NCBI RefSeq assembly: GCF_003918875.1
Contig: NW_025766059.1
Span: forward strand, 372,001-436,000
Direction of reading: 5' to 3'
Length of the DNA: 64,000 nucleotides
From: Haliotis rubra
Taxonomy: Eukaryota
The translations under genes were made by a program, and so were the position numbers. Numbering within the stretch: the stretch's first letter is position 1; each line of letters opens with the position of its first letter. Shown one piece after another: positions 26,501-38,237 of this stretch. Below the pieces are notes generated by a model, which did not search any database, had not been told where the DNA came from, and was given only the letters and a program-made list of their open reading frames with translations.

Positions 26501-29407
26501 TGTCATGTACAACATGATGCAGTATATGGACATCTGTCATGTACAACGTGCTGCAGTGTATGGACATCTGTCATGTACAACATGCTGCAGTATATGGACA
26601 TCTGTCATGTACAACGTGCTGTAGTATTTGACACCTGTCATGTACAACATGCTGCAGTATATTGACATCTGTCATGTACAACATGATGCAGTATATGGAC
26701 ATCTGTCATGTACAAACACCTGTCATGTACAACATGATGCAGTAGTGTACAAACACCTGTCATGTACAACATACTGCAGTATATGGACATCTGTCATGTA
26801 CAACATGCTGCAGTATATGGACATCTGTCATGTACAACATGCTGCAGTATATGACATCTGTCATGTACAACATGATGCAGTATCATGTACAAACATCTGT
26901 CATGTACAACATACTGCAGTATATGGACATCTGTCATGTACAACATGCTGCAGTATATGGACATCTGTCATGTACAACATGCTGCAGTATATGACATCTG
27001 TCATGTACAACATGATGCAGTATATGGACATCTGTCATGTACAACATGATGCAGTATATGGACATCTATCATGTACAACGTGCTGTAGTATTTGACATAT
27101 GTCATGTACAACATGATGCAGTATATGGACATCTGTCATGTACAACATGATGCAGTATCATGTACAAACACCTGTCATGTACAACATACTGCAGTATATG
27201 GACATCTGTCATGTACAACATGCTGCAGTATATGGACACATGTCATGTACAACATGCAGTATATGACATCTGTCATGTACAACATGATGCAGTATCATGT
27301 ACAAACATCTGTCATGTACAACATACTGCAGTATATGGACATCTGTCATGTACAACATGCTGCAGTATATGGACATCTGTCATGTACAACATGCTGCAGT
27401 ATATGACATCTGTCATGTACAACATGCTGCAGTATATGGACATCTGTCACGTACAACATGCTGCAGTATCATGTACAAACATCTGTCATGTACAACATGC
27501 TGCAATATATGGACATCTGTCATGTACAACATGCTGCAGTATATGGACATCTGTCATGTACTACATGCTGCAGTATATGACATCTGTCATGTACAACGTG
27601 CTGTAGTATTTGACATCTGTCATGTACAACATGCTGCAGTATATGGACATCTGTCATGTACAACATGCTGCAGTATATGGACATCTGTCAGTACAACATG
27701 CTGCAGTATATGGACATCTGTCATGTACAACGTGCTGCAGTGTATAGACATCTGTCATGTACAACATGCTGCAGTATATGACATCTGTCATGTACAACAT
27801 GCTGCAGTATATGGACATCTGTCATGTACAACATGATGCAGGATATGGATATCTGTCATGTACAACATGATGCAGTATATGACGTCTATCATGTACAACA
27901 TACTGCTGTATATGGACATCTGTCATGTACAACATGATGCAGTATATGGACACGTCATGTACAACATGCTGCAGTATATTGACATCTGTTAAGTACAAAC
28001 ACCTGTCATGTACAACATACTGCAGTATATGGACATCTGTCATGTACAACATGCTGCAGTATATGGACATCTGTCATGTACAACATACTGCAGTATATGG
28101 ACATCTGTCATGTACAACATGCTGCAGTATATGGACATCTGTCATGTACAACATGATGCAGTATATGACATCTGTCATGTACAACATGATGCAGTATATG
28201 GACATCTGTCATGTACAACATGCTGCAGTATATGACATCTGTCATGTACAACATGATGCAGTATATGGACATCTGTCATGTACAACATGCTGCTGTATAT
28301 GACATCTGTCATGTACAACATGATGCAGTATATGGACATCTGTCATGTAAAACGTGCTGCAGTATATGGACATCTGTCATGTACAACATGCTGCAGTATA
28401 TGAACAAGGTTATAGTTGGGATTACACCCGTCACCCGCGTGTATAAAAAGAACGTACTTGATAGCACATGAAGACCTACCTTCCATTTCCACAGCAGTGT
28501 CTGTTGTCGATGGTACCACAGCATATGTCGGGGCAGTACAAGGCCTTGTAGCCCCAACGATAACACAACTTAGAGGCATACGCTACACAACAGAGGCACA
28601 TATGATTATTGTTAGGATGCGGTGACCAGACACCTCTCACAATGAGCACAATGTTGATTCGAGGATTTCAGCTGGTATACATTTTTGTCTAACGAACTGT
28701 CGTGTTTGAAGATTTAAGTGAATCTAAAATGAACGGTTGTAGGCACGAGTCGCAGGCTCAAAGTTAAATCGTCAAAGATAGGGGGTTTATATCCATAACA
28801 AAACATGCATTAATTCCAATGTTATAATAGGTCGTGTACAGCTTAAAACAAATGACGTCACTGTATTGTAACCGCATTCCGCGAAATTAAACGACTGTAT
28901 GACGTCATCGTTGGAATAATTAAAGAAATTGATACATTCGAACGCACATTTATGTACGGATTTCTTTATCTATTATCACTGAAGGATATGTCATCCATTA
29001 AATTGTAAAAGTATTTCAAGGGGATAAATTCGTTAAACTACTCTTCTTTTAACAAGTTCTCCAAGCACAAAACAGTNNNNNNNNNNNNNNNNNNNNNNNN
29101 NNNNNNNNNNNNNNNNNNNNNNNNNNNNNNNNNNNNNNNNNNNNNNNNNNNNNNNNNNNNNNNNNNNNNNNNNNNNNNNNNNNNNNNNNNNNNNNNNNNN
29201 NNNNNNNNNNNNNNNNNNNNNNNNNTTCACAGTACAAAGGGATATAGTACTAAGAAAGGTAAGACTTTATAGATGACAACTTCTTTATTATATTATGATG
29301 AGACGTTTCGGTATAGGTACTTATACCGTTATACCATTGTCAAGTACTGTATACTTACAGACAGTGATCCAAGGTACAGCAATCCATGGACCTTTCAGCA
29401 GTAACAT
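20526..29407 (-). CDS. G3: intact STMC6/Shisa-like paralog, 171 aa, two PPxY motifs
   Basis: Exons 29407-29359 (MLLLKGPWIAVPWITV), 28582-28480 (SYASKLCYRWGYKALYCPDICCGTIDNRHCCGNG), 21639-21479 (SDGGSS...WVAAVGLITLMVLIRCCYCLRSRK...VIST), 20728-20526 (GSLPPPP...PPAYYPGMAQPPPSYAEV...CTA*). Total 516 nt, open, all GT-AG. Confidence 0.85.
20860..21330 (+). mobile_element. CR1/L2-group LINE 3' fragment (G3 intron 3)
   Basis: KFRCGMNKL...CHVC...VEDEYHVLLLCPVYSDLRSRY C-terminal motif with a short tandem (tctg) tail. Confidence 0.65.
21775..28402 (+). repeat. 34-bp satellite array (about 6.6 kb, roughly 190-195 units) in G3 intron 2
   Basis: Unit GACATCTGTCATGTACAACATGCTGCAGTATATG with 33- and 38-bp variants; accounts for all repetitive ORFs here. 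Confidence 0.97.
29077..29225. other. Assembly gap (N)
   Basis: Run of N. Confidence 1.
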
Positions 29408-30084
29408 CTCGACACTGATTCGCCAATATATGGGTTGTTCTGTCCTTGAAGGGCATTAGATCGTGACGGGGTATCTACAAAATAGCCTTGTCAATGCACA
29501 CCAGCAAAGTCCTGATCTATGACACTGCACAAGACTATCTAAGATTCCTCTGTTTCTTCTACGTTATGAAGGCACTTTATGCATGACGATCATGCACTCA
29601 TGCCTTTAGTGTGATGGTAGTACGAAATATTGGCAGAAAGAAACGGGCAACTGTTTTGAATGATTTTTTTTCTGTATATATCTGAAGAGCTCGGATTTCG
29701 TTACTGTGCACATAACACTCTCGGGTATGGCTCGGTGACTACTGTGCAGGCAGGGTAATTTAGGCGTCTGAGCACAGAGGGGTCTACACAATATCTGCAT
29801 GCACACCCGACATCTATACCAAGACACAGCCAGTAAACCTCATGTCACGGCGACTTGGAAACAATGGACGCTGGGTCAGACAAACCGGTGGCTGACAGCA
29901 TCAGCAGCCTTCAGTGAAGCATAGTCACACATTGTTACCAAACGATCCTCATTTAGGTCGTCTCATGCTGGGCCTCTTCTAAGCCAGAATACATGGCATG
30001 GCATTTGGAATACCTCCCATTTACAGTCTGCTTCCTTATATTACAGCGACCTGTTGTGTAACTGTTTAACTGTGGAGTGCTATA

Positions 30085-30520
30085 GATGTAAGGATTCACC
30101 GGTCGTACAAGCATTCCCTGGTCGTATTCTCTGATAGTGTAAGGATTCCCTAGTCGTGTAAGGATTGCCCCGGTCGTGTAAGGATTCCCCGATCGTGTAA
30201 GGATTCCCCTGGTCGTGTAAGGATTCCCGATCGTGTAAGGATTCCCCTGGTCGTGTAAGGATTCCCCGATCGTGTAAGAATTCCCCCGGTCGTGTAAGGA
30301 TGCCCCGGCTGTTTAAGGATACCATGGGCGTGTAAGGATTCCCCCTGTCGTGTAAGGATGGCATGGTCTTGTAAGAATTCCCCGGTCTTGAAAGGATTCC
30401 TCCGTGGTGTAAGGATTCCCCGGCTGTGTAAGGATACCATGGTCGTGTAAGGATTCCCCCGTCGTGTAAGGATGGCATGGTCTTGTAAGGATTCCCCGGT
30501 CTTGAAAGGATTCCTGGTTG
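30085..30520 (+). repeat. About 19-21-bp minisatellite (gtcgtgtaaggattcccc)
   Basis: About 20 degenerate tandem units. Confidence 0.9.
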
Positions 30521-32051
30521 TATACGGATATTCTGGTCATGTTTAAAAGTGTGGACGCAAACCTCTAAACAGTGCATAACGTTTGAGTGTTAAAATCACT
30601 CAATACTTTTTGTCATATACGTGGAGTGAGTGACTTTCGTTTTACGCCGCTTGTAGCAATATTCCAGCAATATCACAGCGGGGGACACCTGAAATGAACT
30701 TCACACATTGTACCCATGTGGGGAATCGAACCCGGGTCTTCGGCGTGACAAGCGAGCGCTTTGCCCCACCGACCTCATACACGTGGATCTCAACTAGACG
30801 GCCTTTATCTAATAAGCACCATGGCCGAAATAACCAACCCTTTTGTCAGTTTCATGCGCCCATGACCCAGCTAGGACTTGCTGGTGTGGAATACGGCCAT
30901 TTGTTTGTTTTTGCTGCAGGTACACATTGCTTGGGTCTGTACCAAATGGGTGTATGTTTTTTATGCCTCTCTTTAGTTAAGCTGTCACGTCGTCAAAATG
31001 TATACTGTTCAACGCAAACAACGTATCTAAATCACTCCCATTATCACATTCAACACCAAAATATCAACTTTCGAAGGTGTCTTCATTGTCGATGCACAAT
31101 CCGCCCAGTAGAATCGTATCCATGTAATTCACAGACACACAAAAAAATGGTAGTTTTATATATGTTTTAATCATTTACAACGTAATTATCGTTATGATGA
31201 TATGGACATTATATTTAAAAAATTGATGAATCGTGTAAAGGAATCGGAAAATAAAGCCACGTGTCGCAAGAATTTTTTCCTGCGTATCAAGGCAAAAACG
31301 AAAGTTGAAAACGTTTGCTTTCGCTCTATTTACAGTTTCACAATTCAATGAATGAAAACAGACAGACGTGTCACCATAAAAAAACAAAGCAGGAATTATA
31401 ATTTCAAATATATTTCATAGAAAAATAAAGTCCTTCATATGTCAAAATAAACTCTCAAGAACAGTCTAAGACTCTAATGACAATGATAAGAGCTTTGATT
31501 ATTGTGCTCTTAAACTATTACAGTATGATAAATATACACATGAACTTTGAGTTCTATAAACATCACAAAATAATGCACACAAATAGGATCACAGATGGGT
31601 GATTTTGTGCTTAAATTTCCGTCATGTTTCTGGTTAGAGTCCGTTCTATGATGCTGACACATGCCATGCATCATAATGCATCTCCCATCCTCACATGCAT
31701 CTCATGTGGTTGTCATGCATACTTTAGAAAGACATATAGAAAAATGTTTTATCATTCAATATACATATTTACATTCATGAATGATATGTTCACTTGACAA
31801 TGAATGTGTTTCCACACAACACACATCAGTCAATATTCTTGCATATTTCACTATACATATTTTCATTTAAACATATAGTTGCATAAACTCACACGATCAC
31901 TGGGTCAAACATGAATATGTAACGAAAGTAATAGAATTACTTCAAGCTGGTTCCGTTCCTTATCATCATTAGCCTTATATAATCTTATACAACTATATAA
32001 ACGTGTTGGATTTTAAACTGTTTGAGAGCCTTCTAGAAGTTGTATGTAATG

Positions 32052-32213
32052 GGAATGACAAGTCTTTATGGATGATCAACTTCTTTGTTGTAAAATAGCG
32101 ACGTTTCGGTACAGATACTTATACCGTTTTTGCTTGAAAACGGTATAAGTATCTATACTGAAACGTCGCTATTTTACAATACACAAGTAGATCATCCATA
32201 AACGTGTCATTCC
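32052..32213. repeat. Long imperfect palindrome formed by two inverted copies of a dispersed repeat end
   Basis: About 78-bp arms centred near 32132; related copies at 29270-29345, 8400-8470 and 6480-6545. Confidence 0.85.
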
Positions 32214-33299
32214 TATGTGGTTAATTTTGACAAGGGAATATGAACGTGTGTTGAAGTTCCCATTCGGAATGCTGCCTTGGCCACTACGATGTTTACATTT
32301 CGGATATTAATTCCTGATTTGGTGGTTCCAGTGTGACGTATCAATTTATCGCTAATATATATATATATATATATAGCCTCCTCTAATAAGAAATCTAAGA
32401 AATACGAATGTGGTATATGCAACGCTGGTAAAATGACCGGGTTAGTATATGCTTGAAAAACAAATTTTAAAAAACTAATTTAGGGGTTATGTGCATTTTA
32501 ACCCATTATACAAACTATATAGATCTTACATATCTGAATAAATGCTAACTAGTTAAACATGCAAACCCTGCAAAAACAGGCAATACCGTCTTTACTGTTC
32601 TTCCATGTCACTAATTCGATACATCTCCAAGTTTCATGGTTTAAGGTAGTGTCACATCCCACTCATTGAATATGTTTCAGAAGTTATACGTGACGTGACT
32701 TCCGAATTATTCACCTCTTGTCTATTATATGATATTGTTTGTATGAATTGATTCGTGAACACAACATATCTGTTCGTAATCTTCATGTGGAAATATGGTG
32801 ATGTTGGATTACATATCAGTCGTACAGATAATAGTCAGATATTAGTCTTTCCGATTAAACACCGGTATTTGAATACAGCTTCGGTTCCATATATGTGCAT
32901 ATGTATACATATGAAATGTTGAAATACTATCATATCATATCAAAACATATCACTGTCAATCAGGAAGTTGAACGTTTAGCCCTCGTCAGTTGAAACAGAA
33001 TACCCGTATGCAGCACACGTTGCTTAATATAGCTGCTTACAGTCACCTAACAGCCAATCATCCGACGGATTGTAACCACGGGATCAAAACTTAGGGATGA
33101 TGTTTATACCATTTCGGATTTTATTTAAAAAACGCACTTTGCACTTTTTGGCATTACTGTCTGTAAAATCCCTTATCGACCATTTCCTTTTTCATTTTAT
33201 CGGAGTATAGATCACGAATAGCTATATTCGTTATGAATCATCGTCACATTTCGTGTTTGTAGTTCACCTTAGGGGGACTATTCAGTTTTTAAGGCGAGT

Positions 33300-34850
33300 G
33301 AAATACTTTTTTTTATCACTTTATTTCTTTTTGATGGGTACATAATTGTTGCATTTGTGGTACATAAATATACAAAGTATGAACACGAGTGGTAGATAAT
33401 CCGTAGGCTAGAAGAATACATTGTTATTGTAATTTATGTGAAGAGGTTATGGCAAGATGACCAAAAGGTGAAGAATTTACCATAGTTGCAGTGCGAAAAG
33501 GCAGTACATTTGTCAATTTCATACAGGTTGTGTAGGTAATTCTTTAATCCAACAAACTGCGGATGCGAATTAAAACATCTCTTTGCATATATATAGTATT
33601 TTGTTGCGATGATAATCAGGTTTAATACATCATTTCGTTTTTCTTTATATCCAAAGATGATATGTTTTGCATCCAGAATTAATCTTGTGCCTGTATCTTG
33701 TTCAATCCAGGCTTTCAGTTGTTGCCACAACGTTTTCACATGTACACACTCACAAAATATGTGGATAATTGATTCGATTGTAACATTACAAAATGTACAA
33801 GAAGCAGATTGTGTCAGTTTATAGTTAAATAAATCTTTGTTTGTTGTAATGATTCTTTGGACAATTTTATATTGAAGCCATCTGAATTGTGTATTACAAG
33901 TTGTTCTGAAAGGTACATAGTTAAAAACTTTCCAGAGTTGTTCTGATATATCTACGTTGATATCCCTTTCCCATTTAAGTTGGCTGTTTAGCTTTTCTTT
34001 TAATGTATGTTTCCTTAACAAGACAGAGTAGAAAATCTTGCATCCTTTACGTTCTTTGTAAAGAATACGTATATTATTAGGAATAAATGGCTCCTCTACT
34101 TTACACAGAGTTAGTTTTTCGAAAGTAAGTATGATTTGATGGAGTTGATGATAATAGCACTAATGTTCTGCGCAGTCATGAGAGTTTTTGAGCCTGTATT
34201 GTTTCAAGAATTAAAGGTACATTTAGCGTCGTCATTGTCTTATCAACTTGTTTTAGTTTGTCTTTATAATTTCTTTCAACCATTCAGCCTGGTTGTGTTG
34301 AAACTGAATTCCGAGTAAAGTAAAGGGTCTTTGGGACCAATCTAGTTTGAAGGTCTTACAGTATTGAATGCTTGAGTATTGCATAGAATCAATCCATATT
34401 AATTTAGTTTTTTCTATGTTTATTTTAAGGCCAGAAAATTCAGCATATTTATTAAGTATACCCAAGGTTGCTTGAAAGCATTTTTCCATTCCATCGTTGT
34501 GTCGTCTGCAAATTGCGTTAATAAATATTCGATCTCAGGAAATTTTATACCCTTTACATTTTTATTTTCCCTCAACATTTGTGCCAAAATATCTGTGCAG
34601 ATAAGGAAAAGATATGGTGAAAGTGGGTCGCCTTGTCTACATCCTCTCGAAATATTAAACATTCTCTGGAAAAACCATTTACTAGAACACTTGACTTTAT
34701 ATCATTGTAAAAAGTCTTAATCCAATGTGTAATAGAGGGTCCAAAATTAAAAAATCTAGACAATTCTCAATAAATTTCCATTCAACAGAGTCAAAAGCTT
34801 TTTCAAAGTCGATTAGTATAAGTAAACCTGGTATATTCATTTGTTCGGTG
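33300..34850 (-). mobile_element. 5'-truncated L1/Tx1-clade LINE (ORF2 RT and C-terminal zinc-binding region), degenerate
   Basis: LILIDFEKAFDSVEW, GCRQGDPLSPYLF, TQFADD, CTFC...ESIIHIFCEC; stop at 33434; AATAAA and A-rich tail near 33305-33325. Confidence 0.9.
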
Positions 34851-35612
34851 GAATACTTAGTGTATGTTTCGTTAAACAATGTTTTCTGTACCAAAACACA
34901 CACGTACGCTTGATAATCCCTGCATGAAATATGTTTCTGTCGTCGAAACACCAGTTCTTATCTCCCGCTAAAATTATCTAAATATTGCAAGTTTCCTTGG
35001 AATGCCCACATTAATATATACCTTCATATATAAATATATTGTCATCCGGTCAGTGATTTGTCAGTCGGACTGCAACAACAGTCAATATAAAACTCGCTAT
35101 CAAAGGGGCGCTACTCTAACCCTAGTTTAGGAGACGTTACTTTTGTTAGAGTCCGCCTGCCCTGTCATAATGTAAGGAAGCACAGAGTGAGATGTGCACA
35201 CAGCGGCAAAATGAAGCAAGGTATAACAATACGGTACACTGCGGCCAGAGTCAACTATTTTAACTTGGGTAAAAAGTCGTAAATACGTAACGGCAGATGA
35301 GGAGCCCGATTGTTTGCGTAAACAGGACTAACTATTTAGATGTCGTAAAAGCCCATGCTTACAATACTTGTCACACAAACATATAATAGACAAGGAAACT
35401 GATCCTGTTTGGCTTGTGTCCTCAATAAATTATTTCGTTGTGCATAATCCCGAAGTTGCCCAAACTTCTTTAAGCAGCTTTGTTCCTGAAAGGCACTGCT
35501 TTTCAGCAGCTCAGGCTATTGTTTTGATAATGCGATTATTTCTGACTTGATCACCGACTGACAAGGGCGACGCCCTAGTAGTCCCTACTTGACCTTTCAA
35601 ATTTGAATTTAC

Positions 35613-38193
35613 CTGCATATGACCCAGCAGATGCCATATTTATCCGTTGGCTATACCCTGCCGAGACATCTACCCATGATATAATTACGTCATTTATGAT
35701 GTTTGTTTTACAATGATGTGTGATGATGTTTATTTTTGATACAATACGGACTGTGGAATATGCAGAAAACGACATCTGTGAGATTGTGAGTGAGTAAGGT
35801 TTTACGCCGCTTTTAGCAATAGTCCATCAACATCACAGCGGGGAACATAAGAAATGGGCTCAACACCTTGTACCCATGTTGGGAATCGAACCAGGGTCTT
35901 CCACGTGACGAACGAACACTTTAACCACAACTCTACCCTATCAGTTATAGGGTAGACTGATGGGAAACTTAACGTCTTACGTATTTTATTTTCTTAATCG
36001 AGATCCAAAGAAGTTTAATATATTTACACATGTTATCTATTGAAAAATCGTTTTTGCGAATGTCAAAAGTTTTTTTAAATCAACCCAACGGCAGACTTTG
36101 CAATAGTGGGAGAGTATGATTTTACACTTCTTTATAACAACACCAGATATCAGCTTTACGCATCGTATCCCTAAAGGGATTCGAACCCGGTTATTCAGCG
36201 TGACGATCGATCGCCTTAATCACCAGGCCACCCCGCTCCCTGGACATTACTATGCGTCTCACAATGTACCATAACGATGTATATCGTCTTAAGTTAGGAA
36301 GATATTCAATGTTACGATTGNNNNNNNNNNNNNNNNNNNNNNNNNNNNNNNNNNNNNNNNNNNNNNNNNNNNNNNNNNNNNNNNNNNNNNNNNNNNNNNN
36401 NNNNNNNNNNNNNNNNNNNNNNNNNNNNNNNNNNNNNNNNNNNNNNNNNNNNNNNNNNNNNNNNNNNNNNNNNNNNNNNNNNNNNNNNNNNNNNNNNNNN
36501 AAATATTGATACGTCTACAAAGAGGCCACATTACTTGTTGATACGACAGCAAGCTGATTGGTGGTCATTAAGCGGCCATGCTGTGCCTGTCTCCTTCTAC
36601 AGCAGCAGATGCATGTCACAATGATGGCAATGAGGCCCACGGTCCCGAACCCGCTTCCTGTGTATATTCCGGTATACGAGTACCTGCAATGGAGATTGAA
36701 CATTCTGTGTGTCACGAGAACATACATAATACGTACGTGTCTCTCCCCGATTATTTACATGCTGGCGAGATGTCACTGGTTAACGACTTAGTGCGGAGAA
36801 AAAACCTAACGACGATGATAATGATAAAATATTATTAAATAATAGTATACGATATAATAGCAACAATATTTTTTACGGTAATAGATTATTAATAGGAATA
36901 ATTTACAAAGTAAATTTGTAGATTGTCCGTATCCAAATGATAGAAATATAAAACACGCCATGTATATGTTTGACTCCTGCCACTTTCTATCTTAAATTTG
37001 TCATACATTTAAAGCAAACTGCCATTGACGGTTGCAGACTCCGTACGACTGTAGTGTATCAGCTTCTCATATCACCACACAACATCGTCTTGTTTCACAC
37101 ATTTTTAATTTCCCCAAGAGAAACAGTAGAGGTACATAGCTGGTTTGAATATGGCCGCCGAATGACGTCACATAGCACTCGGTTACAAGTATACTCATGC
37201 CAATAATGGTTGTCACCCCCCTCCCCACCCTAACCCCAACCCCCTCTCCGATAAAAAAAATTGAAGGGGGTGACAACCATTATTGGCATGAGTATATTTA
37301 TATTCTGTAAGAATTTATCTCTAACCCAGACCGTGCACGTGAATAACATGAATAACCTCAATCCAAAGGTTAACATATCAATACATTACAACGATACCGA
37401 GTTGCACACGCACGTACGCATGCACGTACACACACGCACGTACACACACACACACACAAATACTAAACACAAAAATAACACATATACCAAAAAACATGCA
37501 AACCACACACATACGCACTCAAACTCATACTAATACACATATACATACACACACAAACGGCACACAGAGACACTTACACACTCACACACTCACACAAGCA
37601 CCCACCCATACACACACAAATGCACACACACGTGTGACCTACCGTGTACAGCAGTATCGGCTGTAGCTTGTCCCGCAACACGAGTCGGAGCAGTAGAGTT
37701 GTCTAACGCTGCTACCGTAACTTCTCTTGTAACAGACCTCGTAAGCACATGCTGAATAAAGAAATGTTGATTGTTACCGATGATCATACATAAGGATGGA
37801 GCATGATGCTAAGGAAATACACGTCAAAATGTCAAGCATTTTACATGTTATAACCAATATTTGATTTATATATCATTTTTATTAGATATATCGTTAAAAC
37901 GTATATATTTATATTTCCTTCTTTATGCAAACGTGCACTGGACTATATAACATGCCCGTCGTGATAAAACTATTATTGCTAAAAGCGGCGTAAAACTAAA
38001 CTCACTCACTACATAACATGATAATTGCCGTGGCGTGTGAGGTTAAGCATGTGTTTCTCACTGCGTAACGAATACTGTGGACAAGAGCTCGACCTTCCAC
38101 TCCAGTTGATGATTATGCAATGTCGTGATGTATACGATTAACTGAACGCCACCTCCATGTGAGTAGCTGGGGTCACGCACGTATTGTGAGTGA

Positions 38194-38237
<44 letters not shown>

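Noticed and set aside
21775-28402. Dozens of Cys/His/Met/Tyr-rich ORFs; also a possible CRISPR-like array
   Set aside because: These are translations of a stop-poor 34-bp tandem unit; there are no unique spacers, no cas genes, and the context is a eukaryotic intron.
28852-28910. TGACGTCA CRE sites (also near 37163 and 60539)
   Set aside because: Cannot be tied to a TSS and may be repeat-derived; no functional support from sequence alone.
30080-30577. Repetitive ORFs of 75-165 aa
   Set aside because: Products of a 19-21-bp minisatellite.
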